From: Actinomycetota bacterium
Lineage (GTDB): Bacteria; Actinomycetota; Aquicultoria; Subteraquimicrobiales; Subteraquimicrobiaceae
Direction of reading: 5' to 3'
Length of the DNA: 64,000 nucleotides
Assembly (NCBI GenBank): GCA_030018275.1
Contig: JASEGB010000003.1
Coordinates: 9,600 to 73,599 of the forward strand
Shown: one piece after another, positions 9,505-18,943 of the stretch
Layout: each line of letters begins with the position of its first letter
Numbering within the stretch: the first letter of the stretch is position 1
Position numbers and translations under genes: made by a program
The notes under the pieces: generated by a model
The model's database searches: none
Told to the model about the DNA's origin: nothing
What the model saw: the letters and a program-made list of their open reading frames with translations, nothing else

Positions 9505-10152
9505 TTAACCCTTATAAGCAAATTGGATAAAGGAAATTCCGAGAATTACCAGGAAAATCCCGCTGCCAACCACAATGTATTTAAGTAGAATGTCGCTCAA
9601 AAATTTCTTTCCTTTATCGATGGAGTAGCTAACAAAACCGAACCAACCCAAATCCGCGCTGATATGTCCAATCAGAAAAGCCGTGAAGCCAATTATTCCC
9701 GCGAACTCTATGCTCTTGTACATGATGGGCATACCTATCGCTGCCCACCATAAAAAGAAGTGGGGATTGGAGACGCTGGTCAGAAATCCCTCAATGGGAA
9801 GACCATAAGCGGAGAATTGAGTTTCTCCGACTGGACTCGGTTCTATGTCGAGATGAACACCCCTGGAAACAATCATTAGGTAAAATCCCATCAGCATGAG
9901 CATAACTCCACCTATGTAGCCGATGGCGACTCTAACCGATGCCGATTCCAATGCAGCACCTAGACCTAAGAAAAGCAAGATGATTATGATTGTTTCGATC
10001 ATGAAATGACCCAGTATAATCAAAGGTCCTGCGATATAACCTCGTTTTATGGATTCAGCAATAGTGACCGCAAAAACGGGTCCGGGCACAATAGCCCCTG
10101 ATAATGCCGCCAGGAATGAGGCAACTATCAATCCCAGAAGTCCCAATACCAT
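9505..10152 (-). CDS. LysE/RhtB-like membrane protein (putative amino-acid exporter)
   Basis: Polytopic membrane ORF. The start is chosen at MVLGLLG because the track's longer ORF would leave no divergent intergenic space. Confidence 0.35.
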   Translation of the reverse strand: MVLGLLGLIVASFLAALSGAIVPGPVFAVTIAESIKRGYIAGPLIILGHFMIETIIIILLFLGLGAALESASVRVAIGYIGGVMLMLMGFYLMIVSRGVHLDIEPSPVGETQFSAYGLPIEGFLTSVSNPHFFLWWAAIGMPIMYKSIEFAGIIGFTAFLIGHISADLGWFGFVSYSIDKGKKFLSDILLKYIVVGSGIFLVILGISFIQFAYKG

Positions 10153-10247
10153 CTCTTGGATCGACCCCCGGTATAGCTTTTTATCATAGCTATGGTAGTA
10201 TGACAAATATATAATAAAGGTAAATCTGTTTAAAGTGAGGGGCAAAT

Positions 10248-12959
10248 ATGAGAAGGATCAAATGGATTCTGATTTTAATCATTTTATTGATCCTGCTCAG
10301 CTTGGGGAGGATAGCTGGACTTTACACCGACTGGTTATGGTTTAAAGAACTTGGATACGCTTCAGTCTTTTTGAAAATTCTTTCAACCCAAATTCTCCTC
10401 GCGTTATTCTCGGGGGCTCTCTTCTTCGCCATCCTTTTCATAAACGCCCTCCTCACCAGGTATCTTTCTCCGAAATATGTAACCATCGAACAGGAATTAA
10501 TCGAGATCTATAGAGGGGTGTACAGGAGATACTTCAATTTAATCTTACTAGTCATTGCATTATTTTTTAGCGCCATCGCCGCGAGTAGTACTGCAGACCA
10601 TTGGGATATGGTTTTACGCTATCTCCATCAAGTCCCTTTCAAAATTACCGATCCCATATTCCATCGCGGTGTAGGTTTTTATGTTTTCAACCTGCCCCTT
10701 TACCGCTATCTATGGGGATGGTTACTGTGTGCCCTCGTGGCTGCCGTGCTCATTTCGATCTTCGTGTATTGGTTTGAAGGAGCCATTCTCTTAAGGAGAA
10801 GGGAGACTCGCCTCTCAAGACTGGTGAGGATCGTGCCCCAGGCTAAAGCGCATCTTTCGGTACTGTGCGGATTAATTTTGGTCGTCATCGCTTGGGGCTA
10901 CAGGCTGAATATATACGAACTTTTATATTCCCCGCGAGGGGTGGCTTTTGGAGCGAGCTATACCGATATCCACGCTCAGCTTCCAGCCTTGAGACTAATG
11001 ATCATCATGTCCCTATTCTGCGCTGCTCTTTTCATAATCAATATCTATTACCGTGGTTGGAGGCTCCCCGCCACGGGCATAAGCTTACTCATACTAGCTT
11101 CAATCGTAGCCGGTACCATCTATCCTGCCATCATCCAGCAGTATCGGGTTCTGCCCAATGAAATTGCCAGAGAAAAGCCATATATCGTGTTGAACATCAA
11201 ATATACACGAAAAGCCTACGATTTAAACAAAATAAAGGAGCGGGAATTTCCAGCCACGGAGACTTTGACTTTGGATGATATCCGAAAGAATGAGGCCACG
11301 ATAAAAAATGTAAGGCTCTGGGATTGGCGCCCCTTAAGGAAAACCTATGGTCAGATACAGGAAATAAGATTGTATTATAATTTCCGAGACGTCGACATCG
11401 ACCGCTATCACTTGGATGGTGAGTATCGACAAGTTACCCTATCTGCAAGGGAATTGGCACAGGATCAACTTCCCGCGGCTGCAAAAACTTGGATTAACCG
11501 GCATTTGGTCTATACCCATGGACATGGTCTGGTCATGAATCCCGTGAATACGGTTACTCCAGAGGGCTTGCCAGAGTTACTCATCAAGGATATCCCACCG
11601 AAGTCAAAGGTCAATCTGAAAATCAATCGCCCAGCGATATATTACGGAGAAATAGCCAATGAGTATGTCATAGTGAAAACCAAGGAAAGGGAGTTTGATT
11701 ATCCCAAGGGCGACAAAAATAAGTGGACCACTTATAGGGGGCGGGGCGGAGTTCCAGTCAGATCGCTCCTCAGAAAGCTCGCCTTCGCTTTGAGATTTGA
11801 GAGCGTGAAGATTCTTCTTTCCGATGCAATCACGCCCAGAAGTAGATTCATGTATTATCGCCAAATTACTCAACGTGTAAGGAAAATAGCTCCATTTTTG
11901 ACTTACGATCCTGATCCATACCTCGTCGTCTCCGAGGATGGCAAGCTCTACTGGATCCTAGATGCCTATACCATTACCGATATGTATCCCTATTCTGAAC
12001 CCTTTAAGGGTAGAAACCTTGGCAAGGGTAACTACATCCGAAATTCTGTGAAGGTGGTCATTGATGCCTATAATGGAGATACCGTTTTCTATCTCATTGA
12101 CAAAGAGGATCCACTCATAAATACCTACGCCAAAATTTTTCCCGGTTTATTCATGCCTTTTGAGGCAATGCCCTTTGATTTGAAGAAGCACATTAGATAC
12201 CCTGAAAAGTTATTCAGAATCCAGGCTCAAATGTACTGCACCTACCATATGCAAGATCCTCAAGTCTTCTACAATAAGGAAGATTTGTGGACTCTTCCAG
12301 AGGAGATTTATGAGGAAGGTGAGCAGAAGATAGAGCCATATTATATCATCATGAGATTGCCGGATCATCCAAAGGAAGAATTCATCCTCATGTTACCGTT
12401 TACACCCGCGAATCGGGATAACATGATCGCTTGGGTGTGTGCCAAGTGCGACCTACAGGATTATGGGGAGCTTTTAGTGTACAAGTTTCCCAAGGAAAAG
12501 CTGATTTACGGACCGATGCAGATCGAGGCACGTATCAATCAGCATCCTGGAATTTCTAGACAATTGACCCTTTGGGGCCAGAGAGGGTCTCGGGTGATTC
12601 GAGGTAACTTGCTCGTCATCCCAATTGAACAATCACTCCTCTATATTGAGCCCCTTTATTTGGAGGCGGAGCAAACCGAGCTCCCCGAGCTAAAGAGGGT
12701 AATCGTCGCCTTCAGCAATCGCATTGCCATGGAGGAGAACCTCGATACGGCTTTGCGCGCTATATTCGAAGAGAAAAAAGTCCGCGAGCGGATAAAACCT
12801 CCCGAAGAGGAAGAATTGCCCATAGCCAAGCTCATCGATGCCGCTGTTGAGCACTTCAATAAGGCTCAAGAGCGACTCAAAGCTGGTGATTGGGCAGGCT
12901 TCGGTGAAGAGATCAAGAAACTGGAAAGCTACTTAAATATGCTCAAAGAACGAACGTAA
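10248..12959 (+). CDS. UPF0182 family membrane protein (COG1615)
   Basis: 903 aa with N-terminal TM helices and a large soluble domain, matching the size and topology of the UPF0182 family. Confidence 0.6.
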   Translation: MRRIKWILILIILLILLSLGRIAGLYTDWLWFKELGYASVFLKILSTQILLALFSGALFFAILFINALLTRYLSPKYVTIEQELIEIYRGVYRRYFNLILLVIALFFSAIAASSTADHWDMVLRYLHQVPFKITDPIFHRGVGFYVFNLPLYRYLWGWLLCALVAAVLISIFVYWFEGAILLRRRETRLSRLVRIVPQAKAHLSVLCGLILVVIAWGYRLNIYELLYSPRGVAFGASYTDIHAQLPALRLMIIMSLFCAALFIINIYYRGWRLPATGISLLILASIVAGTIYPAIIQQYRVLPNEIAREKPYIVLNIKYTRKAYDLNKIKEREFPATETLTLDDIRKNEATIKNVRLWDWRPLRKTYGQIQEIRLYYNFRDVDIDRYHLDGEYRQVTLSARELAQDQLPAAAKTWINRHLVYTHGHGLVMNPVNTVTPEGLPELLIKDIPPKSKVNLKINRPAIYYGEIANEYVIVKTKEREFDYPKGDKNKWTTYRGRGGVPVRSLLRKLAFALRFESVKILLSDAITPRSRFMYYRQITQRVRKIAPFLTYDPDPYLVVSEDGKLYWILDAYTITDMYPYSEPFKGRNLGKGNYIRNSVKVVIDAYNGDTVFYLIDKEDPLINTYAKIFPGLFMPFEAMPFDLKKHIRYPEKLFRIQAQMYCTYHMQDPQVFYNKEDLWTLPEEIYEEGEQKIEPYYIIMRLPDHPKEEFILMLPFTPANRDNMIAWVCAKCDLQDYGELLVYKFPKEKLIYGPMQIEARINQHPGISRQLTLWGQRGSRVIRGNLLVIPIEQSLLYIEPLYLEAEQTELPELKRVIVAFSNRIAMEENLDTALRAIFEEKKVRERIKPPEEEELPIAKLIDAAVEHFNKAQERLKAGDWAGFGEEIKKLESYLNMLKERT

Positions 12960-13319
12960 TATTGTCACCTCGGAGTCAAACCTATTTTAGAGTTGCATCG
13001 AATTGTCAATAGTTTATTGTGTTATGCGAATTTAAGTTTGTTAACATCACGTTTAGGCGAAATGCTCGCTTGCTGCCGGTAGATAAAAGCTGAGCTTTAA
13101 AAAGGGAAACTGAAAAAAGCCGGCTGCTCCAATATCAGAGTATTTAGGTTCAACCAAGGAATAGATAAAAGACCAGTCAATGGAATCAAAGATTTGTTTG
13201 ATAGGATTCGACAAGAAAGCTTTAGAATCCTACTCAAAAGTGGGGGTGAAAGCAAAAATTTTAGTCTAAAACATTGTTTTAGAATTAAACAGCCATTTTA
13301 TATTTTGGGAGGTGAAAGC

Positions 13320-13555
13320 ATGAAAATACAAATTGCGGGACCTGGTTGCCCCAGGTGTCAACAGAGAAGAATGTAATCGACGCCTGTGCTGAACTGAACC
13401 TTGCCGCTGATATCTCACACCTTTATGATGTAAGGGAATATGCAAAGCTCGGTGTAATGATGACACCAGCAGTGATTGTGGATAGCAAGGTTGTGGTATC
13501 TGGAAGAGTTCTCACGGTGGAGGAAGTGAAGAAGCTCCTCTCCTCTATTGAGTAA
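13320..13555 (+). pseudogene. thioredoxin-fold 'redox-active disulfide protein 2', frameshifted
   Basis: MKIQIAGPGCPRCQ (frame 0, good RBS gggaggtg) stops 6 codons after the CxxC. The family's remaining sequence (TEKNVIDACAELN...GVMMTPAVIVDSKVVVSGRVLTVEEVKKLL) continues in frame +2 from 13346. A 1-nt deletion near 13357-13360 would explain it. Confidence 0.6.
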
Positions 13556-13635
13556 TGCATTCATCTTGAATTTGACCACTTCTAATAATTTCCGCTGCTC
13601 CACGCCTTGAGGGGGGACTGTCCCCAAAAGATCGC

Positions 13636-14052
13636 TTATCGTACCAAGATTATTCCAGCAACTATTAGAATGATTCCGACTATCTTCGGGATGGTGAGGG
13701 CTTCACCGAGCAGGGATATCCCCAATACTGCTGCAATTAAAGGATATGTTCCGCACACGGGGACGACCCTAGAGCTTTCACCGAGTTTTAGCGCGGCGAA
13801 ATAAAACACTTGACCCAGAAGTCCAGCCAAGATGCCACCGATGGCTATATAAATCAAGCTTTTCAATTCAACCCTGGGTATTGTCGTTATTTCCTTTGTA
13901 AGAATGACGGAGATGATGAGGATTATGGAAATGACAACGCTTCTTACGGTAACAGCAACAAGGGGACTCATCTTCCCTATCCCTACTTTTTCAAAGATGG
14001 GAGCGCTACCCCAGCATAAGGCAGCCAAAATCGCAAACCAGAACCACTGCAT
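13636..14052 (-). CDS. small DMT/EamA-like 4-TM membrane protein
   Basis: 138 aa with four hydrophobic helices and an EamA-like half-transporter pattern. Confidence 0.4.
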   Translation of the reverse strand: MQWFWFAILAALCWGSAPIFEKVGIGKMSPLVAVTVRSVVISIILIISVILTKEITTIPRVELKSLIYIAIGGILAGLLGQVFYFAALKLGESSRVVPVCGTYPLIAAVLGISLLGEALTIPKIVGIILIVAGIILVR

Positions 14053-14226
14053 TTCATTCCCTCCTAATCGAGATAATTCTTGTGATTAGACCAAACAAAT
14101 TTATTGCGGTAAGCAAAGGATACTAAAATGAGAACAGAATAAAAAGAAAATTCTTCCAAATTTAGCTTAAAAATGAATGCGAGTGTTGATAAACTTAAAT
14201 TGTAGAGGCGATAAATTTTTATAGGG

Positions 14227-15555
14227 GTGGTTTTTGTGGTCAAGGCAATCAAAATAACACCAAAAAATACAGAGTTCGTGGTCATATCCTTTGAAGGACC
14301 GGATAAATATTATTCTCAAGCAGGAGGTTTGGGGGTGAGGGTCTCCGAGCTCACTCAAGTTTTGGCTTCAAAGGGGTTTACTACCCACGTCATCTTCATC
14401 GGAGATCCGAAGAAGCCGGGTGAAGAATGCTTGCAGGAGGGGAGATTGATTCTCCATCGCTGGTCTCAGTGGATAAGTGACTATTACCCGATTGGGGTGT
14501 ACCAAGGTGAAAGTGAAAAGCTGTACGACTTCAACGACACTGTGCCCACTTTTGTCATGAATGATATCGTTAAGCCCGCGGTGGAAAGAAAAAAATTGGT
14601 GGTTATAATGGGAGAGGAATGGCATACCGCCGCTGCGATGATCAACATCAGTGACATCCTTCACTATAATGGTCTCAGGGATAAAGTATTGATGCTTTGG
14701 AATGCCAACCACACTATGTCCTTTCATCGGATAGATTGGGGTAGGCTGAACTACACCACAACCATCACCACTGTGAGCAAATATATGAAGCATTGCATGT
14801 GGGGTTTAGGTGTAAATCCTATGGTGATATCCAATGGGATTCCCAAAAGAATGCTGGAGGAGCACGATCATGAACTCTATAAAGAATTTCGGACAATTTT
14901 CCCTTCCGATTTGGTGCTGTTCAAGATAGGGAGATGGGACCCCGATAAACGCTGGAATATGGCTGTGGAAGCGGTTGCTTGCTTGAAGAGGATCGGTGTT
15001 TCCACGACTTTCTTGATTAGAGGAGGTAAGGAAACCTACGAGGGAGAAGTGATGCATAATGCAAAAAAGCTGGGTTTAATGGTCAAGGAAGTTAGGGTCA
15101 AAGAGCCAGATATTAAAAATTCCCTTGATGCATTCCGCCGAGCCTTACCCGCTGATATTTTGAATCTCAAGTTTTATCTCTCTGAAGACCTTCTGAGGCT
15201 CATCTACCGTGACTCCGATGCAGTCTTGGCCAATAGTGGAAGGGAGCCCTTTGGGCTGGTGGGTTTGGAGGTAATGGCCGCCGGAGGGGTGGCGATAACT
15301 GGGTCAACTGGTGAGGATTATGTGACCCCCTTCCAAAATGCCATCGTTTTGGAAACCGATGATCCCCGAGAGTTAGTCCAATATTTGCTCTTCTTAAAGG
15401 AACATCCTAATGAGGAGAAAAGGATTAGGAGAGAAGCACGGATAACTGCCAAGCAATACACCTGGGACGAAATCCTCAAAAACCTAATTTACAGGCTAGA
15501 GTTCATAGCGTTCACCAAAAATATCCAAATGGGGGAAAATCCCCATGGCCAGTGA
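14227..15555 (+). CDS. GT4 family glycosyltransferase (sucrose(-phosphate)-synthase-like GT-B)
   Basis: N-terminal GPDKYYSQAGGLGVRVSEL...ASKG and a C-terminal GT-B E-x7-E region; first gene of the alpha-glucan cluster. Confidence 0.55.
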   Translation: MVFVVKAIKITPKNTEFVVISFEGPDKYYSQAGGLGVRVSELTQVLASKGFTTHVIFIGDPKKPGEECLQEGRLILHRWSQWISDYYPIGVYQGESEKLYDFNDTVPTFVMNDIVKPAVERKKLVVIMGEEWHTAAAMINISDILHYNGLRDKVLMLWNANHTMSFHRIDWGRLNYTTTITTVSKYMKHCMWGLGVNPMVISNGIPKRMLEEHDHELYKEFRTIFPSDLVLFKIGRWDPDKRWNMAVEAVACLKRIGVSTTFLIRGGKETYEGEVMHNAKKLGLMVKEVRVKEPDIKNSLDAFRRALPADILNLKFYLSEDLLRLIYRDSDAVLANSGREPFGLVGLEVMAAGGVAITGSTGEDYVTPFQNAIVLETDDPRELVQYLLFLKEHPNEEKRIRREARITAKQYTWDEILKNLIYRLEFIAFTKNIQMGENPHGQ

Positions 15556-16753
15556 TCTGGTAGTCTACGTTGTCGTTCATCAGCCTCAAAGGTTGAAGTT
15601 GCCTGCTCAACCTATACCTAAGGGAGCTATACCCGATGATATTGAGAGATGTGTTTTCGATTCTGAGCTTAATCGATTTTACTTTGAGAAGGTTTCAAAG
15701 ACATGTTACCACCCAGCTACCAGCCTGTTTCTTCAGATGGTAGAAAGTGGTTTCAAGATGTCCATCGGTTTTTCCGCTTCCTTCATCAAACAGGCCTTAG
15801 CCTGGGGACCAGATGTTTTGGAAGGTTTTAAAAATCTGGTCAAGCATCCCAATGTAGAGTTAGTCTGCGTGGAGCCCTCTCATAGCTTCATTTTTTTCTT
15901 CGACGTAGAAAAGTTCATTGATCGGATGAAATGGTGGAGGGGTTATCTTAAGGAGATTTTTGGATTTGAGCCCAAGGTAACCGATACCACCGAGATGTAT
16001 ATCTCAAATGATGTTTATTTTGCTCTTTTACAGGCGGGATTCGAAGGTGCACTAATGGACGGCAGGGAGTGGGTGCTGGAATGGCGTGATCCCACCCACC
16101 TTTACACTTATGTGGGGAAGAAACTCAAACTCCTCCCCAGGCATTATGATTTGAGCGACGATGTTGGCTATAGGTTCTCCAATTGGAGATGGGAGGGCTG
16201 GCCTCTCAAAGCTGAAACCTATGCCCGCTGGCTTAAAGAGGCAAGGGGAGATTTTGTGCTCATCGGTTGGGATATGGAAACCTTCGGTGAGCATCAAAGG
16301 GAAGATTCGGGAATTTTTTGGTTTATGGGATCATTACCTCGAGAACTTGAGTGGAGGAACATCACCTGCCTTACGCCAAGTGAAGCCATAGCAAAGTATG
16401 AGGATAAGACCCATGATCTCCCTTTGCCGGAATTCGGTTGCACCTGGGCGGGAAGCGGGGGGATGGAGTTTTTCCTGGGAAACTCCGCACAATTGGCGAT
16501 ATTCAGGCTCATGCAGCACGTCTACAACAAAGCCAAACTCACTGGACATGAGAGGTTGCTGGACATCGCCATGTGGCTTACACAATCGGATAACCTGCAC
16601 ACGATTCAATGGTTTGGGCGTACTGGTGAGGAAGCCGAGGTATCGGCCTACTTCACCCCAAGACGGTGGTGGGAACTCGGTCCGGATAGAATAATTTGGG
16701 AGCAACAACAGGTATACAAGAATGTAATTCGGGCCATGGATCATTATCTATAA
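15545..16753 (+). CDS. GH57-family-like protein
   Basis: N-terminal VVVHQP motif as in GH57 catalytic domains; overlaps the GT4 gene by 11 nt, suggesting an operon. Confidence 0.4.
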   Translation: MASDLVVYVVVHQPQRLKLPAQPIPKGAIPDDIERCVFDSELNRFYFEKVSKTCYHPATSLFLQMVESGFKMSIGFSASFIKQALAWGPDVLEGFKNLVKHPNVELVCVEPSHSFIFFFDVEKFIDRMKWWRGYLKEIFGFEPKVTDTTEMYISNDVYFALLQAGFEGALMDGREWVLEWRDPTHLYTYVGKKLKLLPRHYDLSDDVGYRFSNWRWEGWPLKAETYARWLKEARGDFVLIGWDMETFGEHQREDSGIFWFMGSLPRELEWRNITCLTPSEAIAKYEDKTHDLPLPEFGCTWAGSGGMEFFLGNSAQLAIFRLMQHVYNKAKLTGHERLLDIAMWLTQSDNLHTIQWFGRTGEEAEVSAYFTPRRWWELGPDRIIWEQQQVYKNVIRAMDHYL

Positions 16754-16807
16754 AAATGTTTTTCAACGGATCACGAATTTGACAATCATTGCATCTCTGG
16801 GAGACGT

Positions 16808-18943
16808 ATGATCAGGAGAATTAGTTTTGTTTTGGGACTACATAGCCATCAACCCGTCGGAAACCCCCCCTCGGTAATTGAACTTGCATACCAGCAAGCT
16901 TACCTTCCCTTTCTTCAGGTATTGGAGTCTCACCCCAGGATTAAGGCAACTCTGCACTATAGCGGAGTTCTCCTTGAGTGGATTTTACAGACTCATCCCG
17001 AGTTACTAGAGATGCTTGGACGATTAATCGATGCAAAGCAGATTGAGATAAAAACTGGGGGTTTCTACGAACCTATCCTACCCATCATCCCAGACGAGGA
17101 TAAGGTGGCACAGATCAATAAGTTAACCCATTTTATCCAGTCTCATCTCCATTATTCTCCTCGGGGTATGTGGCTTGCCGAGCGAGTTTGGGAACCACAT
17201 CTTGCAAAGCCCATTTCCGATGCAGGGGTAGAATATGTGGTGGTCGATGACTCTCATTTTAGATACTCCGGTTTGAAGGATGAGGAGATGGTGGGATACT
17301 ACGTCACCGAGGAGCAAGGAGCTGCCCTCAAGGTTTTTCCCTCGAGCATGAAGCTCAGATATCTCATCCCCTTTAAAGAGCCCAAGCGAATAATCGATTA
17401 TTTGCATAGCCTGGCTACGGATAGAGGTGACAGAATAGCCATAATTGATGACGATGGAGAGAAGTTTGGAGCTTGGCCAGAAACCTACAAGACCGTCTAC
17501 CGAGAGGGCTGGCTAGAAAATTTCTTCAATCTGCTTGAAGAAAATTCGGATTGGATCGATGTCCTTACTTTCGCTGAATGCCTTGACAAATTTGATCCTC
17601 GTGGAAGGATATACCTAACCACCGCATCCTATACAGAGTTAATGGAGTGGGCTCTCCCCACCCCCATGGCTCTGGAATATGAGAGAATTGTGAGGGAATT
17701 AAGTGAGTCGCAGACCTTACAGCGATATTCTCCTTTTCTAAGAGGGACGCTTTGGAGGAATTTCTTGGTAAAGTACCCCGAGAGCAATAACATGCATAAA
17801 AAGATGCTTTATGTGAGCCAAAAGGTTCACCGGACCAATGACCCCAAAGCCCTGGAGGAGCTATGGCGAGGTCAGTGCAATGATGCTTATTGGCACGGCG
17901 TTTTCGGCGGTCTTTATCTTCCCCACCTTAGATCCGCCATCTACGAGCATTTGATCAGTGCGGAGGCGTTGGAGGATGAGCGATTGCATGGCAGCAAAGC
18001 TTGGGCAGAGGTTAAATTACTCGATTTCGATAAGGATGGGCTAGATGAGGTGCTTGTGGAGACATCGAGGTTGAATCTATATTTTGATCCCGCGGAAGGA
18101 GGGACCCTCTTTGAGCTGGACTACAAACCGAAACTAGTAAATTTATTGAATACGCTGGCCAGAAGACCAGAACCCTATCATGAAAAGATCCTCCAACCGC
18201 AGGAGCAAAAGGAAATACAAGGCTCTAAAGCGAAAACCATCCATGAGCTCATTCGGGTGGGTAAAGAGGATTTGAGACCTTATTTGCATTACGACCGGTA
18301 TAGGCGTCTCTCTTTAATAGATCATTTTTTGTCTCCGGATGCGAATTTAAGCTCTTTTAAAGAATGCGATTATGAAGAACAGGGTGATTTCGTGGATCAA
18401 CCCTATGAAGCTCAAGTGATTGGCTCCGATCCCCCTGTAATTTTGCTCAAGCGGAGGGGAATCATATTTAAGCGATCCTTAAGGCTACCCCTTCAGGTTC
18501 AAAAGAGGATAGAGATTCCCAAAGAACATTCCAGATTCACCATCGATTATGAGATTAAAAATCCTGCTACTCGCCGAAGCTCGGATATCTGGTTTGGAGT
18601 AGAATTTAATTTTTCCATGCCCGGAGGTTGCGAGCATGCTTATTATCACATTCCTGGGAAAAAATTGCCCGATAATAAGTTGAGTAGTATGGGAGAAAGT
18701 TCGGGAACTTCGACGGTGGGCATTCGGGATGAGTGTAAGAAGCTCAACATCACTCTCATGTTTGACAAAGATGCCTTCTTATGGAGATTTCCCATCGAGA
18801 CGGTATCCCAATCGGAAGAGGGCTTTGAGAGAACTTATCAGAGCTCTGTGTTGATGCCTAGCTGGAAATTTATCCTGGAATCACAAGAAAGTTGGAAAGT
18901 TAGAATCATTCACGAGATTGAAGAGGCAAGGTGTCATGGGTAA
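16808..18943 (+). CDS. GH57 4-alpha-glucanotransferase (Thermococcus TLGT-like)
   Basis: LHSHQP, ERVWEPHL, VVDDSHF, KLRYLIPF, DDGEKFGAWP, YPESNNMHK and QCNDAYWHGVFGGLYLPHLR blocks match the TLGT family. Confidence 0.65.
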   Translation: MIRRISFVLGLHSHQPVGNPPSVIELAYQQAYLPFLQVLESHPRIKATLHYSGVLLEWILQTHPELLEMLGRLIDAKQIEIKTGGFYEPILPIIPDEDKVAQINKLTHFIQSHLHYSPRGMWLAERVWEPHLAKPISDAGVEYVVVDDSHFRYSGLKDEEMVGYYVTEEQGAALKVFPSSMKLRYLIPFKEPKRIIDYLHSLATDRGDRIAIIDDDGEKFGAWPETYKTVYREGWLENFFNLLEENSDWIDVLTFAECLDKFDPRGRIYLTTASYTELMEWALPTPMALEYERIVRELSESQTLQRYSPFLRGTLWRNFLVKYPESNNMHKKMLYVSQKVHRTNDPKALEELWRGQCNDAYWHGVFGGLYLPHLRSAIYEHLISAEALEDERLHGSKAWAEVKLLDFDKDGLDEVLVETSRLNLYFDPAEGGTLFELDYKPKLVNLLNTLARRPEPYHEKILQPQEQKEIQGSKAKTIHELIRVGKEDLRPYLHYDRYRRLSLIDHFLSPDANLSSFKECDYEEQGDFVDQPYEAQVIGSDPPVILLKRRGIIFKRSLRLPLQVQKRIEIPKEHSRFTIDYEIKNPATRRSSDIWFGVEFNFSMPGGCEHAYYHIPGKKLPDNKLSSMGESSGTSTVGIRDECKKLNITLMFDKDAFLWRFPIETVSQSEEGFERTYQSSVLMPSWKFILESQESWKVRIIHEIEEARCHG

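Noticed and set aside
9323-9508. 61-aa arginine-rich ORF (and the 68-aa ORF at 34699-34905) inside repeat element D
   Set aside because: The two copies of the element are inverted and the ORFs fall on opposite strands of the element. They are not conserved between copies, so they are treated as non-coding.
10180-10245. Longer start (10245) for the minus-strand membrane protein
   Set aside because: It would leave a 2-bp gap to the divergent UPF0182 gene. The internal Met at 10152 leaves room for divergent promoters.
13560-13640. Intrinsic terminator hairpin GGGGGGACTGTCCCC after the thioredoxin-like gene
   Set aside because: The stem is present but has no U-tract on either strand, so it is not called as a terminator.
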